Both the position numbers and the translations under genes were made by a program. DNA of 61,824 bases from a virus (taxonomy: Duplodnaviria > Heunggongvirae > Uroviricota > Caudoviricetes): IMG/VR virus record IMGVR_UViG_3300046318_000589, one strand, 5' to 3'. This document shows positions 41,185 to 50,571 of the stretch, in pieces. How positions within the stretch are numbered: position 1 is the first letter of the stretch; each line of letters begins with the position of its first letter. The notes under the pieces were generated by a model. The model did not search any database, was not told the origin of the DNA, and saw only the letters and a list, made by a program, of their open reading frames with translations.

Positions 41185-41815
41185 AGTATTTTTTGATTAT
41201 TTTGAAAATAATAAAAATCTTGATATTGTTACGGAGAGTGTTGGGGAATCTCAAACACCTGTAAGAAAAATATCAGGTATATTTATGCAAGCGGAAAAAG
41301 TAAACCGCAACGGGCGTGTGTACGCACGAGAAACTCTACAAGAGGCTGTCAGTGAATATCAGTCCCTTATACAAGATGGGGATTCTTTTGGTGCTTTGGA
41401 TCACCCCGATAATTTAGAAATGCGATTTAATGAAGTATCTCATTTAATAACACGACTAGAAATGTCAGGGAATGATGTTTTTGGTGAGGCTGTACTAATA
41501 CCTAATACTAGAAGTGGGGAAATTATCAATGGTGTTCTCAAGGTAAAAGAAGCTATGGGTATGCCAGCAAAGGTTGGAATATCCTCAAGAGGAGCAGGAA
41601 AATTAGTTAAAAGAGGCAGTCAAAACTATGTAGAGAATTACAAATTGATTGCTGTCGATCTAGTGTGCCGTCCATCAGCACAAGATGCTTATGTGTCTGC
41701 AATTCGAGAATCAGAATATATTTTTGAAAATGGGGTAATCAAAAGAGGTAATCCTGTTAATGAAAAAGCATATTCTGCATTTTTATCTAATTATAGTAAG
41801 TTAAGGTTAATTTAA
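41177..41815 (+). CDS. gp21: prohead core protease
   Basis: GIFMQAEKVNRNGRVY, GALDHP, VSH, GISSRGAG, AVDLVCRPSAQDAYV. Confidence 0.95.
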   Translation: MNKVFFDYFENNKNLDIVTESVGESQTPVRKISGIFMQAEKVNRNGRVYARETLQEAVSEYQSLIQDGDSFGALDHPDNLEMRFNEVSHLITRLEMSGNDVFGEAVLIPNTRSGEIINGVLKVKEAMGMPAKVGISSRGAGKLVKRGSQNYVENYKLIAVDLVCRPSAQDAYVSAIRESEYIFENGVIKRGNPVNEKAYSAFLSNYSKLRLI

Positions 41816-41824
41816 GGGTAACAC

Positions 41825-42751
41825 ATGGCTAAATTTAAAAAACAAGAAATATCTGAAGAAGATATTGAAAAAGTAAAAAAAGAATTATCTGAAAAAGACA
41901 TGGAAGTAGATGATACTGAAGATGACGAAGAAGATGATGATAAAGAGGAAAAAAAGGATAAGAAAGAATTTGACGAAAAATGCAAAGATAAAGTCAAAGA
42001 ACACCTTATTCAAAAAGCTTCCTTAGAAGAAATTAAGAAAATTATCCCAGAGGGTGTTTCGCAAGAGTTTGTCGAAAACTTTGAAACGATCATCGTTGGT
42101 TTGGTTAATGAAATGATTATGAAGGTGGGTGATTCTTTGCTTGCTGAATTGCTTGAAGAAATGGACAATGAAATTGATGCTCTTTCTGAAACGCATAAAA
42201 CATTCATTGAAAGTTTCTTAACTGTTGAACTTGAAAAGTTTAAAGAAAGCAATAAAGAAAATATTGTTTCAAACGTTAAACTTGAAAAAGCTGAAAAGTT
42301 TTTAAACGCACTTAAAGGTATTTTCTCAGAAAATCATTTTGTGTTGGACGATGAGAAATTATCGCAAGTAACACAAGCAGAGGAAAAAATAACACAATTA
42401 GAATCAGAATTAAACTCTAATTATTCGATTATTACTAACTTGAAAAAAGTGATAAATGAAAAAGAAATTGCATTAGAGATGGCTATATTAACATCAGATT
42501 TATCAGAATTGAACAAATCACGCTTAGTAAAGATGCTTGAAAGCCACAAAGAATTAGATTCTGCTAATTATATCAAAGAAGCTCAAAAGGTTAAAGGTTT
42601 TCTGGTTACAGAGAGTGTTGTACCGAAAAAAGCCCTAGACGTTATAGACGTTGTTTCTGAAAAAGATGAAGAAAATGATGAAACACCTCAAATGACAGTC
42701 GAAGGTTTAAATGAGTTAATATCTAAATCTACTAAATATTTAAAAGGTTAA
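41825..42751 (+). CDS. gp22: prohead core scaffolding protein
   Basis: Acidic coiled coil between gp21 and gp23; FETII, F...LKGIF.EN.F. Confidence 0.85.
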   Translation: MAKFKKQEISEEDIEKVKKELSEKDMEVDDTEDDEEDDDKEEKKDKKEFDEKCKDKVKEHLIQKASLEEIKKIIPEGVSQEFVENFETIIVGLVNEMIMKVGDSLLAELLEEMDNEIDALSETHKTFIESFLTVELEKFKESNKENIVSNVKLEKAEKFLNALKGIFSENHFVLDDEKLSQVTQAEEKITQLESELNSNYSIITNLKKVINEKEIALEMAILTSDLSELNKSRLVKMLESHKELDSANYIKEAQKVKGFLVTESVVPKKALDVIDVVSEKDEENDETPQMTVEGLNELISKSTKYLKG

Positions 42752-42753
42752 AA

Positions 42754-44202
42754 ATGGAAGATAAAAATAATATTAAAAAAAGTATCGTAGAGAATGTTAA
42801 ACGCATTCAGGAAACAGGATCTACTAATAATGCTGATTTGTTGCTTGAAGCGACTTACCACGCTTTAGTATCGGATGAATCTGAACAGCTTTATAGTGAG
42901 CATAAAGATAATGGCATGAAAGCAAAGGCTAAATACTTAGTAAGTAAATCCTTGGCAGCACCCGATTTCATTAACTCACAAAGAGTGTTTATGAACTCGA
43001 TTAAAGATACATATCTTACTGAGGGTGCATCAAATACATCTGTTGAGCGTATTGCGTCATTTAGCAAATTGTTACCTGAAGTTTTAGCACGTTCTATTAA
43101 CATGGCTTTGGCAATGGAAAATGTTTCAAACGTTGTTAATATGAAATCTAACGCTACTACAGTGTCATTCTTACGCCGTATTTTAGGGGCTAACTCTGAA
43201 ACAACTGAAGCTCTTTATGAACAATTATCATCTACATTTGGTGGTACTGGTGTTCATGGTGCTACTCTTGATCCATTTGCTGATTCTGGTGATACTGATA
43301 CTGGTGGTTTAACTCCTGCTGTTGCTGATGGTGTTGATGATGCTCAAGTTACAGGTGGCGTTTATGAAGTTGGTACAGGTCGTACTCGTATAGCAGGGGA
43401 AGCATTAGAATATGCTAACCGTTCTAAGGTTTCTGCTCGTATTGATCAAGTTCAATTAACTGCTGGTACTCGTGATGCTGTATTTGAAGTTTCTTCTGAG
43501 GCTTTACAAGATGCAAGTGCTGAGTATGGTGTTGATTTAATCAGAGAAAACATGATTACAATGCAATCTGAATTGTATCGTGCAATTTCAGCTGAAATGT
43601 ATGGTCGTCTAGCTTTAGTTTCAAAACGTGTAAAAGCATCAAACGGTGCGGATTTCATCTTTAACTTTGAATCTTTAGGTACTGCCAATGCTGAAAACTT
43701 CATGCTTAAAAATGCTTTCTTGTTACAGTACATCTATACTATGCGTAGTCTTATTTCTAAAGATACTCGTGAGAGTGGACTTAAATTTAAAGTATTCGCT
43801 ACATCTAAAGTAATTCCTCATTTGTTGATGATTGATACTTTACATAGTTCATTTGCTACACCAAGCGTAACAACTGAATTTAATAATATCTCATTCTTCC
43901 GTGGATTATTAAGAGATATGGAAGTGTTTGAAGTTACTGATTATGGTAATGATAATGAATTTGTTATGGTTGTTGGTAAAGGTTCTACCACTTCAACGTC
44001 ACCAATCGTGTATGGTAACTACGTTCCATTCTATACTGATGTTATTCGTGATCCAAATACGACACATTACCGTTACCATGGTAAAATTCGTTCAGGTATG
44101 ATTGCCAACCCATTGGGTATGGACAACTTGTCATCTGAGCTTGTTTTAGCACAGAACCAAAAATGTAAATACGCTCGTTTCTTGCGGGTTACAAACGCCT
44201 AA
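42754..44202 (+). CDS. gp23: major capsid protein (divergent gp23)
   Basis: Synteny; R...AISAEM..RL; KIRSGMIANPLG (cf. KTRYG..ANPF); highly expressed codon bias. Confidence 0.9.
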   Translation: MEDKNNIKKSIVENVKRIQETGSTNNADLLLEATYHALVSDESEQLYSEHKDNGMKAKAKYLVSKSLAAPDFINSQRVFMNSIKDTYLTEGASNTSVERIASFSKLLPEVLARSINMALAMENVSNVVNMKSNATTVSFLRRILGANSETTEALYEQLSSTFGGTGVHGATLDPFADSGDTDTGGLTPAVADGVDDAQVTGGVYEVGTGRTRIAGEALEYANRSKVSARIDQVQLTAGTRDAVFEVSSEALQDASAEYGVDLIRENMITMQSELYRAISAEMYGRLALVSKRVKASNGADFIFNFESLGTANAENFMLKNAFLLQYIYTMRSLISKDTRESGLKFKVFATSKVIPHLLMIDTLHSSFATPSVTTEFNNISFFRGLLRDMEVFEVTDYGNDNEFVMVVGKGSTTSTSPIVYGNYVPFYTDVIRDPNTTHYRYHGKIRSGMIANPLGMDNLSSELVLAQNQKCKYARFLRVTNA

Positions 44203-44230
44203 TTATAATAAGAACACACATTTAAACTTA

Positions 44231-44262
44231 ACCCCCACAATCACTTGTGGGGGTCTTTTTTT
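44231..44262 (+). terminator. rho-independent terminator after the capsid gene
   Basis: ACCCCCACAA-TCAC-TTGTGGGGGT followed by a T7 run. Confidence 0.9.
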
Positions 44263-44437
44263 ATCGTCTGATTGAAATTCGTCTTGCTTTTAAACTTCTC
44301 CTTCCTTTACATACTACGCAATTCCTGTCGGAAAAATCGTAGTCTTGAAAATTATCGTCCATATTAACCTTTGCATTGGTAGTCGTAGGTAGTAAAAATA
44401 GACATAGTAGTGCTGTTGTTAGTATAAGTGTTTTCAT
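44261..44437 (-). CDS. small secreted cationic peptide (58 aa, absent from ORF track)
   Basis: MKTLILTTALLCLFLLPTTTNA signal; CVVC; C-terminus RRSLKARRISIRR; GAGGGAAACATG RBS. Confidence 0.55.
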   Translation of the reverse strand: MKTLILTTALLCLFLLPTTTNAKVNMDDNFQDYDFSDRNCVVCKGRRSLKARRISIRR

Positions 44438-44470
44438 GTTTCCCTCTTCTCCGATTAACTTATAACAGAA

Positions 44471-44935
44471 TCAGACAGAAATTCCAAGCTCAAAAAGCTT
44501 TTTCTCTGTCCAAATCTCAAAAATATATCCGTAGTCTTTGGAAAACTTTTCGGCGGATTTCCACTTACTTATATTTTTCTTATACAAAAGCATTTCTGAT
44601 AATTGGACATTTTTTCTAATGCCTTTTTTATTACGTTGTTCGGGGGGGATTGTTTGTTTATGAGGTTTGATTTCTATCAAGTATTTCTTACCACTTTTGA
44701 AGTGTACTTCCAAGTCCATAAAGTACATTCTGTCTTTATTTTCTATTGCATCGTAGTAAGGTATTTTTATGGTTTCGTATCCTATTTTTGATACGTTGGG
44801 GTGATTTTCCAAGAACTTAAAGGTTCTCCTTTCCCATAAAGAGAGGTATTGTATTTTGTCAGGATTTAACCATTTTTCAGGAAATTGTGGTGTATAAAAC
44901 CCACTATAACTGTTACTGAAGCTCTTACCTCTCAT
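44471..44935 (-). CDS. gp4: head completion nuclease (TnsA-like PD-(D/E)xK)
   Basis: G.Y.P..PEK, SLWER, KIPYY, YFMDL, LIEIKP.KQT.PP. Confidence 0.9.
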   Translation of the reverse strand: MRGKSFSNSYSGFYTPQFPEKWLNPDKIQYLSLWERRTFKFLENHPNVSKIGYETIKIPYYDAIENKDRMYFMDLEVHFKSGKKYLIEIKPHKQTIPPEQRNKKGIRKNVQLSEMLLYKKNISKWKSAEKFSKDYGYIFEIWTEKKLFELGISV

Positions 44936-44939
44936 AAAA

Positions 44940-44958
44940 TAATTAGATTTGCTAATTA
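44940..44958. promoter_or_regulatory. back-to-back CTAATTA late promoters
   Basis: TAATTAG-ATTTG-CTAATTA; each copy is 4 nt from an ATG (gp4 leftward, gp48 rightward). Confidence 0.7.
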
Positions 44959-44962
44959 TGAT

Positions 44963-46027
44963 ATGGAAGACAAAAATACATCTGGTGCAAATACAATAAG
45001 GTTTCCTGCGGATTTAAGGGTTGATGACGATAAGTCAGGTAACTCTTATACTAAATCTTGGGTACAAATAAGATTGGGTACGGAAAAAACCGAAGATATA
45101 ATTGTATTACCAACCCCTGTAGATCTATCATTTTCAACGAGTATTAAATATAATGATATATCATTGGGATTAATTGAGGGTGTTTATGATACATTCAAAG
45201 AGGAATTGTCAAGTAGTGGGGGTGACGTAACGGAAGCTTTAAAAAATACTGCTAAAAGTGTTTGGAGCGGTACAGTTAATAGTTCATCCACTAAAGAGGG
45301 TGGGCTATCCACACAATTAGCAATGGCTTCCGCTTTAATGAGTACCTTAAAAATAGACAATGGCATTTTAAGTCCATTGAGAGATGTTGCACGCAGAGAG
45401 CTGAGAAATCAGGGTATTGCATTAAATCCCAATACGGAATTATACTTTCAAGACGTTGGTCTTAGAGGCTTTACATTCAGTTTCAGATTAGCACCAAAGA
45501 GTTTTTTAGATTCTGCAAATGCTATGGCTATCGTTCAAGCTTTTGAAAGTCATGCTCACCCTGGTGCAAAAAGTAAATATTTATGGGAATATCCAAGTGA
45601 GGCTATTATAACATTTTATGACGGATCAAGTCCAAACGACAAGCTACCTGCAATCAATAAATGTGTTATAACAAACTTCAGTCATAAATATAATGCAGGA
45701 ACAAACGTATTTTTTGAAAATGGTTTTCCGACTGTTATTGATATAAGTGTTTCTTTTAAAGAGATTGCAGTAAATACAAAAGAAACCATTAATAGATTAA
45801 ATAGTGATACTGAAAGAAAGCAGTTCAGTAAAAGAAGAGCAACTTTAAACAGTGCTGACGATTTAAATTTAGATAAAATACTTCCATGGTTGAAAGATGC
45901 TTCTCATACCCTTGATGAATATGGTAATGCTCTTACTAAGGAGGGTAGATTGTTAGCTCGTAGTTCTGATGATGTTTTTAGCAATATAGGTCTTGGTAAT
46001 ATACCTACAGGAACGGTTTTTAATTAA
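44963..46027 (+). CDS. gp48: baseplate tail tube cap
   Basis: LPTP, NPNTELYF..VGLRGFTFSFRLAPKS, CVITN, SVSFKEI; start moved from 44885. Confidence 0.85.
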   Translation: MEDKNTSGANTIRFPADLRVDDDKSGNSYTKSWVQIRLGTEKTEDIIVLPTPVDLSFSTSIKYNDISLGLIEGVYDTFKEELSSSGGDVTEALKNTAKSVWSGTVNSSSTKEGGLSTQLAMASALMSTLKIDNGILSPLRDVARRELRNQGIALNPNTELYFQDVGLRGFTFSFRLAPKSFLDSANAMAIVQAFESHAHPGAKSKYLWEYPSEAIITFYDGSSPNDKLPAINKCVITNFSHKYNAGTNVFFENGFPTVIDISVSFKEIAVNTKETINRLNSDTERKQFSKRRATLNSADDLNLDKILPWLKDASHTLDEYGNALTKEGRLLARSSDDVFSNIGLGNIPTGTVFN

Positions 46028-46812
46028 TGGTATTCTTTACAACATTTCCAAACACTGATATAGACTTATTTGAAGACGGTTCAACGTATCAAATAAAAAA
46101 TACGTTTAAGTATGCAAAAATACCCGATAAGTTCATAAACAATTATTTGTCATATACAAAATATACAATTATGGATGGGGAAAGACCTGATATTGTATCG
46201 AATAAAATATACGGCAGTCCAGATTATTATTGGACATTTTTCATAGTAAATGATTTTTTAAAAAATTCATATTCTAATTGGGCTATGTCACGACAAAAGC
46301 TACAAGAATTTGTTAAATTATATATGATGGATACTGTTGTTAATATGCGTCCAAGAATCGTATTAGACCCCGATGGAATATTGATTAGGGTTGATAATAC
46401 AGTAGTGAGTAATTTTGACGTAAAAAATAAAGAGCCTGTTAGGGGTAATATATCGGGGGCTACAGGTAATATTGTTGATGTTGATCCTGCTTTACAACAA
46501 TTAAGAATAACTAATGTAGATGGAAACTTTTTCCCAAATGAAATCATAACGGGTAATAACACGGGGGATTTTATCATTAGTTATGAGGTGTATAAGTTAT
46601 ATGAAGCACCATGTGAATATAGAGATGTTGGGGGTAATGCAGTTACCAATCAATTATTCTTTAGAGGAGGTGTAACAAATGCAAATTTAACACCCATATC
46701 ATATTACCAAAAATTACAAGAAGAAAATGATTTAAAAAAGACCATAAAAATAATATCCCCCCAGTACATAACTGAATTTGTTAAAGAATATAAAAGATTG
46801 TTGGGTAGTTAA
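46027..46812 (+). CDS. gp53: baseplate wedge subunit
   Basis: FFTTFP, DGERPDIVSNKIYGSPDYYWTFFIVN. Confidence 0.9.
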   Translation: MVFFTTFPNTDIDLFEDGSTYQIKNTFKYAKIPDKFINNYLSYTKYTIMDGERPDIVSNKIYGSPDYYWTFFIVNDFLKNSYSNWAMSRQKLQEFVKLYMMDTVVNMRPRIVLDPDGILIRVDNTVVSNFDVKNKEPVRGNISGATGNIVDVDPALQQLRITNVDGNFFPNEIITGNNTGDFIISYEVYKLYEAPCEYRDVGGNAVTNQLFFRGGVTNANLTPISYYQKLQEENDLKKTIKIISPQYITEFVKEYKRLLGS

Positions 46813-48119
46813 TGGTATCGTCAACATTAGGTAGAGCGAACGGATATGAGGTAAATGAGATAACCCTATACTCATATAATTCTGATATAGAGCGAGAGGC
46901 TAGAGGTATTGAAATATCCAATCTTGTTACTAAATTTTCCATAACTGAATCTATATATTTTATTGGTGTTACTTTAGATATGACTATCGTTGATGGTGTG
47001 AATATTATAGAAAAATTTAAATTGTCAGGTAATGAAAAGATTAAAATAAAAATTAGTAAATTTGACAAACATACACAAACAAATAATGAAATAGATTTAG
47101 TGTTTGTAATTGTCGATTACCCTCTATTTGGTAAATCAGGAACAAGGAAATATCAAGCATTTAATATAACAGGAATAACAGAACACGCCTTTATCAGTGC
47201 AATTACATCTTTATCAAAACATATCAATGGAACACCATCAGATATGATAAAAAGCATATTGATAAATAATTTAAAGTATGACGAGGCTAAGATAGACGCT
47301 ACTAAAAACGCCAATAATATTTATGACTATATAGTACCAAATTTAAGTCCTTTAATTGCGATAAGTCATATCTTGAAAACGTCATGTGATTCCAATCTTT
47401 CACCTTTGTTAGCATGGGAAACCTTAAAAGGCGTTAAGATTAAAGGATATAGTGAAATAATTGAACAACAGCCATATAAAGATAGAACATATAGTGTTTC
47501 TGTCTATACAGATAATAATTCTGTGGAAGAAGAAGATTTAAAATTCCTACAAGAAATAACGTCTGTATTACAATTCAGTTCAAATTTAAAGATGTCAAAG
47601 ATAGAGCAGGCATTGGGTGGAGCTTTTGCTTCCGTATCTAAAAACTATGATTATTCAACAAAAACTTATACTGAAACAATATATGATTGTAAACAGCAAG
47701 ACCCAATTAATTATATTTCGGATTATACGTCATTTACTGATAAGTTTTTAATTGATTCAAAAGCCCTTAATACTTATGCAAGGGCGTGTGAATTAGATAG
47801 TATAACTAATAACAGTATATCTAAAAATATGCCTTTAAATGGTAAGGGGTATATTCATAATAAAGTAAAGAATAGTTATTTAGCACAGGCGGAACATATT
47901 ACACATCTCATAAAACTACATGGTGATTTAGATTTAAGCAGTGGGGATATTATAAATTTAGAAGTTCCATCGGGAAACTATAATGAAGATAATTCCCTAA
48001 TAGATAATTATTTTTCAGGAAAATATTTAATTGCATCAATAAGACATAACTTTGAGGGTAGCTATACTATGGAATTAAAAATACAAAGAGATGGCTTAAA
48101 TGTCGATCTATCTAATTAA
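46812..48119 (+). CDS. baseplate hub protein (gp27/late control D-like)
   Basis: ITESIY...D..NIIE...L.GNE.I.I; C-terminal G.....GDIINL...YFSGKYLIASIRHNF. Confidence 0.65.
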   Translation: MVSSTLGRANGYEVNEITLYSYNSDIEREARGIEISNLVTKFSITESIYFIGVTLDMTIVDGVNIIEKFKLSGNEKIKIKISKFDKHTQTNNEIDLVFVIVDYPLFGKSGTRKYQAFNITGITEHAFISAITSLSKHINGTPSDMIKSILINNLKYDEAKIDATKNANNIYDYIVPNLSPLIAISHILKTSCDSNLSPLLAWETLKGVKIKGYSEIIEQQPYKDRTYSVSVYTDNNSVEEEDLKFLQEITSVLQFSSNLKMSKIEQALGGAFASVSKNYDYSTKTYTETIYDCKQQDPINYISDYTSFTDKFLIDSKALNTYARACELDSITNNSISKNMPLNGKGYIHNKVKNSYLAQAEHITHLIKLHGDLDLSSGDIINLEVPSGNYNEDNSLIDNYFSGKYLIASIRHNFEGSYTMELKIQRDGLNVDLSN

Positions 48120-48146
48120 TGTATAAACAATAAGTAAGGAATTTAC

Positions 48147-49823
48147 ATGACTAATAAATACGGGGTAACGTCTAATTTTCAAGATTTTACCACATACATC
48201 AGGGCTTCAAGTCCATCAGCACTTTCATTTGCAGGGGCTTTCAGTAAAGGGGTAATGGATCAAGTTGTAACTATTACCAATATTGGGGAATTAGAAACAA
48301 TTTTTGGTGTGCCTAATAAGGACAATCGTGTATCGTTCTTCTTAGCACAACAATGTTTAATTACATCAAATAATTTAAAGGTTTTAAGAGTACCAACGAT
48401 AGGATCTAAAAACGCTACTGCTGATGGTACAGGGTTATTAATTAAAAATCGTAAACAATATGATGATGCTTATTCTGAGGGTCAAGCTTCTGTTGGGTCT
48501 TGGGTAGCAAGAACAGCAGGTTCTTGGGGTAATTCTTTAAAAGTATCAATTTGCCCCGCTAACGTAACTGCGTTTAATGCGTGGGCTTATAAAACATCGT
48601 TTAAATCCGTTCCAACAACTTCAGCGTATGCAAATACTCGAGGGGGTACATTGGACGAGATGCACATCGTAGTTGTTGATGTTACTGGCGATATATCAGG
48701 TACACCCGATACAGTTTTAGAAAGATTTTCATTTGTATCGCAAGCATCGAACGCACTAGGTACTGATGGGGAAACAATATATTATAAGAGTGTTATTAAT
48801 AATAAATCAAATTACATTTATTGGTTGGATCATCCAAATACATTGTCAGACGCAGGAGAATTAGCTAACGGCAATACCTTTACTGTTGTAACATCTGCAA
48901 TTACAAATACTTTAGGGGGTGGTGTTAATACTGATACTGTTACTGTTGGGGAATATCAAACAGCTTATACTAAACTTATTGATGATAAGTTAAATAGAGC
49001 GGATATTGTTGTTGCTCCTAGATTACCAAATGGTGAAGACGGTGTTACTTTAGCAAATTTCTTAATAGCAAAAGCTGAAGTTAAAAAAGACTTTATCTTA
49101 TGTTTATCACCTCCTATTGAGGATACTTTAAACGTAGATAAGGTAACAGCAAAAGCAAATGTTGTGGAATTTTATAACGCTTTGACACCATCAAAATTCG
49201 CAACGGGGGATTCATCATCCGTTAAGGTTTTTGATAAATATAATGGGGGTGTTAATGTTACAATTCCTGGTTCGGGTAACTTAGCTTCAACATTCGCATA
49301 TACATATAGATTTGCTGATGTGGCTTCGTCAAATGCTGGTACAAAAAGAGGACAATATTCTAACCTTGTAGATTTAAACTATGATCCAACAGATGCGGAT
49401 CAAGGGGCTTTAATTGATGCTCGTTGTAATCCAGTTGTTTCTGTTATTGGTAAAGGAATTTATTTAAATGGGGATAAAACATTACTTGAGAGAGAATCCG
49501 CTTTTGATCAAACAGCAGTTGTTTCAACCTTTATCACCCTAAATAGAGCAATTACTGATTATGCTGAAAATTATCTTTTTGAAAAAAATGATGCTTTGAC
49601 AGATTTATTATTTAGACAAGATATTGATGCTTTCCTAAAAGACCAAGTTCAAAAAAGAATTATATCGGTAGGACGTATTTCAAAAGGCGTAACAAGTGAC
49701 CCCAATGAATATGTAGGAAATATATACATTGTTCCCATTAATAGTATTCGCTATATAACATTAAATTTCATAGCTGTAAAAGGTCAAGGTGTAAACTTAA
49801 CAATTAATGAAGGAAAAGTATAA
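48147..49823 (+). CDS. gp18: tail sheath protein
   Basis: LETIFGVP, AGSWGNSLKV, EMHIVVVD..GDISG, NAGTKRG, NPV, GDKT, YITLNFIA. Confidence 0.92.
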   Translation: MTNKYGVTSNFQDFTTYIRASSPSALSFAGAFSKGVMDQVVTITNIGELETIFGVPNKDNRVSFFLAQQCLITSNNLKVLRVPTIGSKNATADGTGLLIKNRKQYDDAYSEGQASVGSWVARTAGSWGNSLKVSICPANVTAFNAWAYKTSFKSVPTTSAYANTRGGTLDEMHIVVVDVTGDISGTPDTVLERFSFVSQASNALGTDGETIYYKSVINNKSNYIYWLDHPNTLSDAGELANGNTFTVVTSAITNTLGGGVNTDTVTVGEYQTAYTKLIDDKLNRADIVVAPRLPNGEDGVTLANFLIAKAEVKKDFILCLSPPIEDTLNVDKVTAKANVVEFYNALTPSKFATGDSSSVKVFDKYNGGVNVTIPGSGNLASTFAYTYRFADVASSNAGTKRGQYSNLVDLNYDPTDADQGALIDARCNPVVSVIGKGIYLNGDKTLLERESAFDQTAVVSTFITLNRAITDYAENYLFEKNDALTDLLFRQDIDAFLKDQVQKRIISVGRISKGVTSDPNEYVGNIYIVPINSIRYITLNFIAVKGQGVNLTINEGKV

Positions 49824-50383
49824 TGTCAATCAGTAAATTAAAAAATGCTTTGGGGGGAGATGTATCCCGTCAGAATCAATTTAGGGTTATTGTTAATCCG
49901 CCTCCAATTTTAGGAATATCTTTATCGGAAGTCGATAGATTATCTATTGTTGCTAAAAGTGTAAGTGATCCTGAAAGTTCAATAGGGAGTATTACTCTCA
50001 ATTCAGGGGGGAAACCAATAAACTTTAGAGGGGATAGAGAATATTCACCTATCACGGTTGATTATAGATATGATGCGAATTTACTTGTCCATGATGCTTT
50101 GTATCAATGGCAAGAGTTCTTAGTAAGCCATGATGGATTTACCGCATCTCGTTCTTTAACAGATTATGCAGGAACAATTATTATCGAAAAATTACGTCAA
50201 AGACAATCCGCACCTGGACAACCAAACGATTTAGAGCCTGAAGTGATTAAGCGTTGTTTTGTGTATGATGCGTTTCCAACAAATGTACCTGGTTTTGGTG
50301 GTCTTGATGAAGATTCCGCAAACGAACCAACCATCGTGTCAGTAACATTTACATATTCCACATTTAAGTGGGAAAGAGTATAA
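49823..50383 (+). CDS. gp19: tail tube protein
   Basis: GDVSRQNQFRV, GDREYSPITV, YQWQE, DAFPTNV, VTFTY. Confidence 0.92.
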   Translation: MSISKLKNALGGDVSRQNQFRVIVNPPPILGISLSEVDRLSIVAKSVSDPESSIGSITLNSGGKPINFRGDREYSPITVDYRYDANLLVHDALYQWQEFLVSHDGFTASRSLTDYAGTIIIEKLRQRQSAPGQPNDLEPEVIKRCFVYDAFPTNVPGFGGLDEDSANEPTIVSVTFTYSTFKWERV

Positions 50384-50388
50384 TTTTA

Positions 50389-50417
50389 TTGACATACAAT
50401 AATAATTATGTTATTCT
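50389..50417 (+). promoter_or_regulatory. sigma70 promoter TTGACA-N17-(TGT)TATTCT
   Basis: Lies after the tube gene stop and ~35 nt before a terminator, with no ORF in between. Confidence 0.6.
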
Positions 50418-50452
50418 GAAATAACCCCATCTGTTCTACTCGTAGGCAGACC

Positions 50453-50483
50453 GCCGAGATGAGAAATCATCTCGGCTTTTTTT
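50453..50483 (+). terminator. rho-independent terminator
   Basis: GCCGAGATGA-GAAA-TCATCTCGGC plus T7. Confidence 0.9.
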
Positions 50484-50484
50484 A

Positions 50485-50521
50485 TAAATAAAAAACCCTG
50501 ATAATAATTAAATTATTAGGG
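50485..50521 (-). terminator. rho-independent terminator for the minus-strand block
   Basis: CCCT..ATAAT/ATTAT..AGGG stem followed by TTTTTTATTT on the minus strand. Confidence 0.7.
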
Positions 50522-50571
50522 GGTGGTCTGACGAAACAATTTGAGCATATTAAGAGGCTTTTTTCGTACTA

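Noticed and set aside
44199-44262. CTAATTA directly before the capsid terminator (possible 55-nt RNA)
   Set aside because: The motif contains the capsid stop codon (GCC TAA TTA) and the 7-mer is common in AT-rich DNA; no independent support
44885-44962. Upstream extensions of gp48, terS (29118), gp43 (60880) and 6324-6758 given in the ORF track
   Set aside because: They overlap promoters or divergent genes; downstream ATGs have the expected RBS or CTAATTA context
50496-50545. Hammerhead-like fragments CTGATAA and CTGACGAAAC
   Set aside because: No stem II/III or cleavage triplet could be built around them; the upstream part is better explained as a terminator
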